From Negativicutes bacterium (GTDB taxonomy: Bacteria > Bacillota > Negativicutes > UBA1444): 64,000 nt of DNA. The notes under the pieces were generated by a model. That model searched no databases, was not told the DNA's origin, and saw only the letters and a list, made by a program, of their open reading frames with translations. The position numbers were made by a program, and so were the translations under genes. The number at the start of each line of letters is the position of its first letter. The stretch's first letter is position 1. The DNA lies in assembly GCA_963665275.2 (NCBI GenBank), contig CAXXIN010000007.1, forward strand, positions 288,001 through 352,000, given 5' to 3'. Positions 30,484 through 38,675 of the stretch are shown here, piece by piece.

Positions 30484-31869
30484 GTGGTGTTACTGTTGGG
30501 TATTGTTCTTTCGCTCATTGTAACCTTTTGGGCGGGTTATCTGATCGTCAAAAAATTCAAACCGCAACCTGTGTTATTCATTGCCGGAATGGCACTCATG
30601 TTTTTCGCAGTATTTTTTGGCTTGGGAAACATTCTTCCTGCCAAAGAAAGCACCGGATTTGTGATTTTTGATGCCTTTGAGTTCATCAAGAGGACCTTCA
30701 GTTCCCGTGCCGGCGGGCTAGGTCTCAACATCATGGCGGTAGCGGGGTTTGCCCGTTACATGGATCATATCGGCGCCAGCAAAGCCTTGGTCAAACTGAC
30801 CATTTCGCCACTATTGGCGCTGCGCGCTCCCTACCTCGTCATGGCCGGAGCATGGATTTTAGGTATGTTTCTTGGCCTAGCCATCAATAGCGCGTCCGGT
30901 CTGGCGATGCTACTCATGGTCACGGTATTCCCGATTCTGATCAATTTGGGAGTAAGCCGACTCTCGGCAACAGCGGTCATCGCCACCACCCTCTGTCTAG
31001 ACTGGAGCCCCAGCGACACCGGAACGCTGTTGGCAGCAACAACTGCGGGAATCGACCCTGTGGTGTATTGGGTGAAGTATCAGATCCCCATTGCAGCTGT
31101 CACAATTCCGGTAGTCGCGATACTGCACTTTTTTACCCAAAAGTGGATGGATGCCCGAGACGGACATATAGTCAAAGCTGCTGAAATATTGGCTCCAAAA
31201 GATAAAGATCTGGAGCCGGAGAAATTACCGCCGATGTTTTACGCCATCCTGCCAGTCATTCCGCTGGGCCTCATTCTGGTGTTTAGCGACTTGTGGATTT
31301 CCTGGATCAAAATGGACATCATCAAAGCCATGTTCATTGGTTTGGCAATCGGCATGCTGGTGGAATATATCCGTTTGCGGGACGGGAAAAAGGTTCTGTC
31401 AGACATTCAGGTATTTTTCGACGGCCTGGGCATGCAGATGGCCAACGTTATCACGCTGATCGTGGCGGGCGAAACCTTCGCCAAAGGCTTGGTGACCATC
31501 GGAACCATCGATGCCATCATCACTTCCGCCCAAACTTCCGGATTTGGCGCGGCCGGAATGATCCTGCTCATGATCACGATCATCGCAGTTTCGTCGGTTA
31601 TCATGGGTTCAGGCAATGCGCCGTTCTTTGCTTTTGCCGCATTGACGCCGACTGTCGCCGCCAAAATGTCCGTACCGGCGGTAGTGATGCTGCTGCCGAT
31701 GCACTTTGCAGCCAGTGCGGCCAGGGCCATGTCGCCAATCACTGCGGTTATCGTGGTTTCTTCCAGCATGGGTGGAGTTTCACCGTTTGATGTTGTCAAA
31801 CGAACCGCCATTCCAATGGCTGGAGCGTTAATCACCCTAGTAGCCGCTAACTTTATATTCTTCTACTAA
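30484..31869 (+). CDS. dcuC: DcuC family transporter
   Basis: GLNIMAVAGFARYMDHIGAS, MGSGNAPF, RAMSPITAV, VVKRT. Confidence 0.88.
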   Translation: MVLLLGIVLSLIVTFWAGYLIVKKFKPQPVLFIAGMALMFFAVFFGLGNILPAKESTGFVIFDAFEFIKRTFSSRAGGLGLNIMAVAGFARYMDHIGASKALVKLTISPLLALRAPYLVMAGAWILGMFLGLAINSASGLAMLLMVTVFPILINLGVSRLSATAVIATTLCLDWSPSDTGTLLAATTAGIDPVVYWVKYQIPIAAVTIPVVAILHFFTQKWMDARDGHIVKAAEILAPKDKDLEPEKLPPMFYAILPVIPLGLILVFSDLWISWIKMDIIKAMFIGLAIGMLVEYIRLRDGKKVLSDIQVFFDGLGMQMANVITLIVAGETFAKGLVTIGTIDAIITSAQTSGFGAAGMILLMITIIAVSSVIMGSGNAPFFAFAALTPTVAAKMSVPAVVMLLPMHFAASAARAMSPITAVIVVSSSMGGVSPFDVVKRTAIPMAGALITLVAANFIFFY

Positions 31870-31924
31870 AGCACAGCATTGTTGTGTAAACTAGTCGTCA
31901 TTCCCCAAAGACACCGACCTGCAG

Positions 31925-31961
31925 CAAAAAGGCTTCCGACGTAATAGTTGGAAGCCTTTTT
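31925..31961. terminator. Bidirectional intrinsic terminator
   Basis: AAAAAGGCTTCCGAC / GTTGGAAGCCTTTTT. Confidence 0.8.
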
Positions 31962-32040
31962 GATCGACCGAAAGTGTCCCGTAAAGTGTCCCCTGAAAAA
32001 AATAGGTTCCTCATCCTAAGATGAGAAGCCGTGTTTTACT

Positions 32041-32086
32041 TGGTGGGCGATGACGGGATCGAACCGCCGACATCCTGCTTGTAAGG
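32041..32086 (-). repeat. att core: 46-bp copy of the 3' part of tRNA-Val
   Basis: Identical to 44006-44051. Confidence 0.95.
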
Positions 32087-32170
32087 TCCAAAAATGGGTT
32101 TTTTTCTATATTTTCCCATACTATACTTTCCTTTATTATCTAAGATTCTCCGCGTTTTCATGTTTTATTT

Positions 32171-33631
32171 TCATCTTTTGTTATTCCTAGTTTTTTTCTG
32201 TTCATGTCCCATGAAGTGTCCCATGGGTTTTACCTCACCAACCGCTTTCGGCTGCACTTCTGTCTGTGTGAATACCCCTTCCAAAACACTCGTTTCCATA
32301 AGTTCAGGCATCAAGTGACAATATGTTTCAAGTGTCAGCGTTATATTTGCGTGTCCGAGAATGGCTGAAACCTTCTTGATAGGTTCACCTTTCGCCAATG
32401 CCAGTGTAGCGAATGTATGTCGTATATCGTGGAATCTAAAATGCGGCAGCTCTGCGCCGTCCAGGTGTCTATAAAAGACCTTGGCGATATAATCCGGGTC
32501 CAGCGCCGTCCCGTCCTCCATACAGAACACAAGGCCGGTGTCCTGATAGTATTTGCTTCGATCCACTTCAACCCCGTATTTTTTCTCATGCTCTGCCGCC
32601 TTATTATAGGCAGCTATCTTTTCCCCGGCCTGCCTTGCTTTGTGTTTTTTCAGTTCAGCCACAACATCTTTAGAAATTGGGACCGTTCGCCTGCTCTTTG
32701 GGGTTTTCAGCTTTTCAAATATTGGCATCCTGCGCACTGAAGGGTTTTTTTCTTTGTTCTCCGTTTCATCTGGTTTCTCAGCCTTGATTTTCACCTCTCC
32801 AGGTTTCTCGTCCTTTTGATCTTTTTCGTCCGGTTTCTTTTTCTTCGGCTTCGGTTCCATACGCGTTATTTGCCGCCATATTTTCGCGGTTCCCTGTTTT
32901 AAATCTATATCATTCCAGGACAGGGCGACCAACTCCCCGCGCCTTAATCCCGTTGCAAAGTCCAGAAGAATCCCTGCATACAGTCTGTCATTCTTGGCCT
33001 GATGTAGCACCGCTTTAGACTGTTCTTCTGTCAGTGGCCGCACTTCTTGCCGGATAACCTTCACGGGCTTGGTGTCCAATACTGGGTTCTTCGGAATCAT
33101 CCCCTGTTTAACCGCCTGCGTGAACGCCTTCCGCATCATGTTATGGATCTTCCTAATGGAACTTGGCGAAAGTCCTTCGGGCGCTTCCGTTTTCTTCCCC
33201 TTGGCCTTGCCAACCTTCAATAGGTCTGCATACATTCCCTGAATATCATCCGTTGTAACCGCTGTCAGCAGAATTTTGTCCATTCTTGGCTTGATATGAA
33301 CCCTCAAACTGCCTTCATAGAGTATATATGTACTTGGCGCGATTGCCGGTTTCTGGTATTCTTCCAGCCACCTGTCCAGCCATTCGTACACCGTCAAGCG
33401 GTCCCGCTTCCTGTGCTCGTTGCCGTCCTCAATATCCTTGATTGCAGCAAGGGTATTTTTCTTTGCTTCGCCGCCGGACTTACCCGATCGTTTAATAGTT
33501 CTATCTTGGCCGGTCCTTTGGTCAACAAAACGAATCTTGCAAGATATTAACCCGCTTGGCAACGTCTCAAAAGTCCCTTCTCTGTGGCCCCGATTGTTAT
33601 TCACTTGTTTTGGTTTTCGTCCGGCCATCAT
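32171..33631 (-). CDS. Tyrosine recombinase/integrase
   Basis: TGLRRGE, LKTPKS, FHDIRHT, LGH, TLETYCH all intact; adjacent to att. Confidence 0.96.
   Translation of the reverse strand: MMAGRKPKQVNNNRGHREGTFETLPSGLISCKIRFVDQRTGQDRTIKRSGKSGGEAKKNTLAAIKDIEDGNEHRKRDRLTVYEWLDRWLEEYQKPAIAPSTYILYEGSLRVHIKPRMDKILLTAVTTDDIQGMYADLLKVGKAKGKKTEAPEGLSPSSIRKIHNMMRKAFTQAVKQGMIPKNPVLDTKPVKVIRQEVRPLTEEQSKAVLHQAKNDRLYAGILLDFATGLRRGELVALSWNDIDLKQGTAKIWRQITRMEPKPKKKKPDEKDQKDEKPGEVKIKAEKPDETENKEKNPSVRRMPIFEKLKTPKSRRTVPISKDVVAELKKHKARQAGEKIAAYNKAAEHEKKYGVEVDRSKYYQDTGLVFCMEDGTALDPDYIAKVFYRHLDGAELPHFRFHDIRHTFATLALAKGEPIKKVSAILGHANITLTLETYCHLMPELMETSVLEGVFTQTEVQPKAVGEVKPMGHFMGHEQKKTRNNKR
32205..32226. repeat. Putative integrase arm-type sites (TGTCCCAT direct pair)
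   Basis: TGTCCCATGAAGTGTCCCATG; the same pair occurs at 43939-43959 and in degenerate form at 31975-31992. Confidence 0.65.
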
Positions 33632-34039
33632 CGCCACCCCACAGTTTGATTCTATCAACGAAGTATATTATTTATATATCGCTTGGTAAAAAGGGTATTA
33701 AGGGTAAAGACCCATCGTTACTGACTTTATGACTACCCGCACCGTGTGGTAATAAGGGGGTAAAAAGTCCGACCGCAACCGGTGGCGGAATCTTGGGTCC
33801 ATGGCGATCGCCGCCACCACTTTTGAAATTGTACTCTGGCCAACAAACAATTCTGGCGCCACCCGCACCTTAACTTACACCCCCGTTTGAAACAACAGCT
33901 TGAACTGTGTTGGGAAGCAACACGGGGAAGTGCGCCTTACTGAAAAAATCACCAACAGTTCTGCCGAACACCATTTTTCATCTCAGCACCTGGGCCAACT
34001 CTGGCATGGCTGCCACCTCCTTTTATTGAGAGGAGGAAC

Positions 34040-34414
34040 TCACAACATTTTTTCCGGAATTGGCTCAATGACTGGCCTGCAATCACGGCCATAATGCTTG
34101 AGCACTGACACTGAATATCCCTTGTCGCTTTCGCTCTGAAACCAGTCAAGCAGAGCCGCTTCATCAAAAAACAAGCGACCATCTAACTTGAACGAAGGAA
34201 TTTTCCCCAATTTCGCCAGTCGGTAGAGCTTTGTTGCTGAAATCTTGTACTCGCCGCCTGGAAAAACAGGCTTGAAAAAGATTTCAACAACCTCATCTGC
34301 ACTCAGGATACGCGTTCCCATCCTTTTGGCTGCGCTCCTCGCCAGTTCAGCCAGGACTTTTTCACGTTCATCAACGCGAACTGCTTCAATTAATTTTTCT
34401 ATACTGTCTGCCAC
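34040..34414 (-). CDS. Excisionase-like HTH protein
   Basis: ISATKLYRLAKLGKIPSFKLDGRLFFDEAALLDW, upstream of int. Confidence 0.8.
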   Translation of the reverse strand: MADSIEKLIEAVRVDEREKVLAELARSAAKRMGTRILSADEVVEIFFKPVFPGGEYKISATKLYRLAKLGKIPSFKLDGRLFFDEAALLDWFQSESDKGYSVSVLKHYGRDCRPVIEPIPEKML

Positions 34415-34485
34415 ATTTCCACTTCACTTTCACAATTTATTGGATAGGGCGACCTACCACGATAGTGCCGCCCTTACTTCCTTCC

Positions 34486-34773
34486 TCAATCTCGATGCAT
34501 GGCCGCCTGTAGAATCATGCAGATCGCATCAGCAAAGCCGTTTTTATATTCCACGTCTTCCGCTAAAGCAAGACATCCACCAACAGCATCGTCGACTTCA
34601 TGAATCGCGCTTCTATCGTCACATACTTCGTGCAGCTTTCCTATTGCATCATTAAGGGTTTTGTTAGCGTGATCGTATTTTTCTTCTGGACTATGAACCC
34701 CTCTCATTTGCTGCGCCATTAAATCAAAAAAATCTGTTCCCCTTGTAACAAGTGTATGACTACGAAACCGCAT
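34486..34773 (-). CDS. Hypothetical protein
   Basis: 95-aa helical ORF with RBS AAAGGGG, co-oriented with neighbours. Confidence 0.6.
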   Translation of the reverse strand: MRFRSHTLVTRGTDFFDLMAQQMRGVHSPEEKYDHANKTLNDAIGKLHEVCDDRSAIHEVDDAVGGCLALAEDVEYKNGFADAICMILQAAMHRD

Positions 34774-34996
34774 TTACCAAAGGCCCCTTTCGTTTGTGTT
34801 GTTTCAACAGTTTACTGATGTTATGCAGATTACGCCCTTTGCGCAAACCCTTGCAAAATATTGTCCCGCCCGTATTCCTCAGCCTGGCATTCGATCTGTT
34901 CAGCAATTTGCTTCGCCTGCCGAAAATTACCTGTTTCAACGGCTTTCTTTAGTCGCTCATAAAGAGTTTTGCGGTGCCAATAATAGTCCTGATAAG

Positions 34997-35308
34997 TCAT
35001 AGCGACTGCCTCCTTTTAATCTCCCTGGTGGCGACTCTGATGCCGCGGAAAACGTCCCAAGGCTCCACCTGCCTTGTCCATGGTCTATGAATAATCATTG
35101 TGAACGTGCCATCTTTTTCTTGGATTTCTGGGGTACCCAAATCCTGATCGTCAAATGAAATCTGTGCACCAGAGTTATAGATTCTCAACAGTAACTTTCG
35201 CGCAATCAAACCTACTCGAGTAATCCATTCTTCATCTGCCGCCGAAATCGCTGCCTCTTCTTCATCAGCCCGGGCATCGGCGTCGGCGGCCTGCTTATTG
35301 ATCTCCAA
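34997..35308 (-). CDS. Hypothetical protein
   Basis: 103-aa ORF, RBS AAAGGGG before TTG. Confidence 0.55.
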   Translation of the reverse strand: MEINKQAADADARADEEEAAISAADEEWITRVGLIARKLLLRIYNSGAQISFDDQDLGTPEIQEKDGTFTMIIHRPWTRQVEPWDVFRGIRVATREIKRRQSL

Positions 35309-35471
35309 AAAATGTTACCCCTTTCACATTCCCCGCCTACCGTGATATTATAAAAGAGCAGACGGGCAGAATTTTGCTGTTCTCGCCATGTTTTTGCACA
35401 AGTCCAAGCCTGGTACCAACAGGTCTGGACTTATTTTTTTTGCGGCCCTGCCCGAATCCGTTCTGCCACCA

Positions 35472-35903
35472 TTACGCCGCCCCTCCCATCTTGTAGGATA
35501 TGCTTAAGCCTGCATTAAGCCCAATCGTTCCGCCTGTGATGTCCTCAAGGGTGGCGCCGATCTTGCCGCCCAGCTTGTTCAAAACTCTGGCCAACAGAGT
35601 GGCCATTTCTCTGGCAATGTACCCGATCTTATAGGATCCCTTGCCGGCCACTTCCACAATCACCGCCACCGCGTCCCGATCTGCAGGATTCCCGGCTTCA
35701 CACACCAGGGCCACTCGAATGGAGTCCCGGCCATATCGTGCCAGACGCCGCAGAGCTTCCTGCCGGTTCCCTACTGTCACACCCACAACCTTGGCGAATT
35801 GTTTTGCCTTGGTAAGGTTCCACGCTTGAATGAATGCCTGGTGGCGATTCCAACCTTTCCCGACCAATGTGTTTCCGAGTGTGGTGGCGATGTTTTTCAG
35901 CAT
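35472..35903 (-). CDS. HIRAN domain protein
   Basis: KVVGVT..RQ, LVCEAGNPADRDAVAV, KIGYI. Confidence 0.8.
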   Translation of the reverse strand: MLKNIATTLGNTLVGKGWNRHQAFIQAWNLTKAKQFAKVVGVTVGNRQEALRRLARYGRDSIRVALVCEAGNPADRDAVAVIVEVAGKGSYKIGYIAREMATLLARVLNKLGGKIGATLEDITGGTIGLNAGLSISYKMGGAA

Positions 35904-35927
35904 GATTGCGGCCCCCTTGTCATCTAT

Positions 35928-36036
35928 CATTGTATTTTTTACTAACTTCATTGTACATTATACATTGTAGTTTGTCAATACTTCATTGTACTTTTTCTGC
36001 ATTTTATTTGCTTTTCTACAGTCATTAATGTACAAT
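35928..36036. promoter_or_regulatory. Divergent sigma-A promoters with four CATTGTA operator-like repeats
   Basis: Minus TTGACA(35978-35973)-N17-TACAAT; plus TTGCTT(36008)-N17-TACAAT(36031); CATTGTA at 35928, 35949, 35963, 35984. Confidence 0.65.
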
Positions 36037-36068
36037 TTTTATAGAATGATAAATGAGGAGTTGCGGGA

Positions 36069-36308
36069 ATGGTTAAGTTCACTTTAGATCGCCTTATGTT
36101 TGAAAAAAATCGGATGAAGATACCTCAACTGCAGGAATTAAGCAGCGTAAACAAAAATACTCTTTACGCAATATATAACAATTCCGCCACCCGAGTTGAC
36201 CTTTCTGTAATTAATCGCATCTGCGCTGCGCTCAACTGCCAGCCCGGCGACCTCTTGGAATACGTTCCTGGCGGTCCGGTGGCGATTCCTATCAATCAAC
36301 CAGAATAA
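36069..36308 (+). CDS. XRE/Cro-C1 family HTH regulator
   Basis: LQELSSVNKNTLYAIYNN...ICAALNCQPGDLLEY. Confidence 0.9.
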   Translation: MVKFTLDRLMFEKNRMKIPQLQELSSVNKNTLYAIYNNSATRVDLSVINRICAALNCQPGDLLEYVPGGPVAIPINQPE

Positions 36309-36347
36309 GCCTAAGCCATCACATCCCCGGCCATCATCGCAACCGCA

Positions 36348-36372
36348 GCCGCCCCGCTTGGGCGGTTTTTTT
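36348..36372 (+). terminator. Intrinsic terminator after the XRE gene
   Basis: CCGCCC-CGCTT-GGGCGG-TTTTTTT. Confidence 0.75.
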
Positions 36373-37040
36373 AACGCCAATATTCCGAAGTTAATTTTCC
36401 GTAATGCGCACTTCCTCGTTTCTCCGGCTACAGCCTATAAACGATCGATAAACAATTCAGCGTTGAACAAATTTCTGTAATGCGCACTTAGGGGTTTCTC
36501 CAAAACCATCCTCTCTGTCCTCCGGATTTCCCGCCATGCTGGGAAAAGATCACCCTGGATAAACATGATTCTTCTTTTTATCTAGGCAACTCATTAAGGG
36601 GCAGCTTTTTGTGTGCACCCTTTTTTCACCTTTTTAGGGTGCAAAGGGTGCACACTTTTCGAGAGTTTGTGTGCACTGATGTCCCTTCTGGATGCCTGTT
36701 TCTTCGTTGATCGTTTTGAAGCGCTCCCTTATTCGAATGGGAACGATTTCATCCTCTTCTGAATACGCAAAACATCGAAACTCCAGTATTTTATATAATT
36801 GTTTAAGTTGGTTCCAGAAAATGCGCCATTATCACCCGCCTGCACCAGCAAGGCTATTGGAAGCTCATCGTCTTATTCCACCGCCCGAAAACGGGCGGTT
36901 TTCATTTTGTACCCGTTTGTCCCCTTTTTTAATTATGGGTACATCGGGTACATGCTTTACCGGGATGATATAGTTTCATTCTTCATCACGCCAATACCAA
37001 CCGCATTCCACCACGATCTTTTCAGGATGCTGCTCATCAA

Positions 37041-37499
37041 TCACAAGACCGGGCGGCTGCTCGTTTGGATACTGGCAGAGACACGCCCATGTTCGCCTAG
37101 CGCAGTCCCAGCAAAGCGAATCATCCCCTTCACCATCCGTTGCCACCGTTCTGCTATGGTCTCTCCTTGCCCGAGATACCGGCGTTCGATCTCGGCCGAA
37201 GGAACACGTCTCCATACACTGATGAGAAGGATACGGTCCTGCGCAGCTAGTCCGGCTGTGATCCATTGTTCCACCACCTTGAGAATGTTTTCATCTCCGT
37301 CCAGTTCTATCAGCCTTGCAGTCTTTTTGAAAGTTTCGTCACTGTGGCTACCGCCACCGCCCTGGTAGCCGTGATCACCCGAATAAGCATCGACAATCGT
37401 TTGCCTCTGCTCCTGCCACGATCCCCAGAGAGTAGGATAGTCAAGCAGAATATATGCTGCTGCACTTTCGGTCACTAAACCAGCACCTTTCCATTCCAT
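37041..37499 (-). CDS. Hypothetical protein, possibly a RinA/ArpU-like late activator
   Basis: GGGGSHSDETFKKTARL..LD followed by a C-terminal HTH-like segment. Confidence 0.5.
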   Translation of the reverse strand: MEWKGAGLVTESAAAYILLDYPTLWGSWQEQRQTIVDAYSGDHGYQGGGGSHSDETFKKTARLIELDGDENILKVVEQWITAGLAAQDRILLISVWRRVPSAEIERRYLGQGETIAERWQRMVKGMIRFAGTALGEHGRVSASIQTSSRPVL

Positions 37500-37658
37500 A
37501 TCGGCTCATAATGTGGCTGTTATTATTTATTACCGGTGGCGGAAGCGTAAGCGCCATATGCGGCATGACACAATGGTACCGATCAGCCGCCCTTCTTCGA
37601 TGAGAATTCAAATCCGCAAGCGCTTGCGGATTTGAATTACAACCAAGTGGTGGCGGTC

Positions 37659-38030
37659 TTAACCATCGCTCACCTTTTTGAACCATTCATTTACTGACGT
37701 ATCATCCAGCCAACCCCGCGAATATACCAGCTCAACGAAATCACCAGCTGCCTTCACCTTGTTTTGAAAGCCGTTAAGAAAGCTTTCCACCTGCTCCGCA
37801 AAGCTTTGCCTGGAGCTCATCTTGTGTTTGCACCCCACTAAGTCATTCTCACTAAAGCCTTTGGAGATAAGCACTTCAGCCAATGCTCGTTTGGCCGGTC
37901 GAATCTTCGGAGTATTGGCATTGCTGCAAACCAATGTGAACTGCAAAGTTTGTCGGGGTGTTACCGGGATTTCTAGGGACTTCTGGATGATGGATGCACG
38001 AGCGGCGCTCAGACGGCTATTTCTTTTCAT
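37659..38030 (-). CDS. Hypothetical protein
   Basis: 123-aa ORF with RBS AAGGAGG. Confidence 0.65.
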   Translation of the reverse strand: MKRNSRLSAARASIIQKSLEIPVTPRQTLQFTLVCSNANTPKIRPAKRALAEVLISKGFSENDLVGCKHKMSSRQSFAEQVESFLNGFQNKVKAAGDFVELVYSRGWLDDTSVNEWFKKVSDG

Positions 38031-38051
38031 GATCTTACCCTCCTTTGAACG

Positions 38052-38663
38052 CTACCGCCCCATGTAATTTCTCCCGGCGGCATGGAGTATCGATTCGCTT
38101 TTCTTTTTCGTGTTATCACTTGGTGGGCTCTGATTTGAATCGCCACCGTCTTTGTTTGTTTGCCCCGCGCTATCCTTCACGCCTGCAGAAACCAGCCCTT
38201 CTGGGATGTCGGTGGTCTTAGCATTTACCTTCCGAATCTGAACAAATTCACACGGGATCCGGAGAAGGTTTTTATTATCAACATTCCGTGGAAAGGCGGC
38301 GCTCGTCATCACCATATTGGAATAGATATCGGTCGGTGTGACAATCGTGATTGGCTGCGCGTCCTTATAGATGCGCTTAAACTCCATAAGCGCATTGACC
38401 ACCTTGTCCTCTTTCTGCCCGAGTTTATCGAGCCAGGTCACCGGGCTCTGAGTAATGCCGACAACCATCGACAGCTTGATCGGCTTCCGGATGACATGAT
38501 CAGCTACTGGAAAGCCATCTTCGACTGGATGCTCGCATACCTCGGATTCGAGTTTATGTTCTTGTTCGACAAGAATATCCAGTTCAATGCTGTCGATTTT
38601 GCTCGGCGCCGTCAGCGATGGCCAGAAGATACTGCCCTTTTTCTCTGATTTCGTTTCTGCCAT
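38052..38663 (-). CDS. Phage Dit-like/baseplate hub (tail tube initiator-like) protein
   Basis: EQEH.LESEVCEHPVEDGFPVADHVIRKP and T.TDIYSNMVM...FVQIR; 12 bp downstream of the TMP gene. Confidence 0.8.
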   Translation of the reverse strand: MAETKSEKKGSIFWPSLTAPSKIDSIELDILVEQEHKLESEVCEHPVEDGFPVADHVIRKPIKLSMVVGITQSPVTWLDKLGQKEDKVVNALMEFKRIYKDAQPITIVTPTDIYSNMVMTSAAFPRNVDNKNLLRIPCEFVQIRKVNAKTTDIPEGLVSAGVKDSAGQTNKDGGDSNQSPPSDNTKKKSESILHAAGRNYMGR

Positions 38664-38675
38664 TCTATCGCCCCC

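Noticed and set aside
32041-32086. Second tRNA-Val gene
   Set aside because: Only the 3' 46 nt are present; it is the att duplication.
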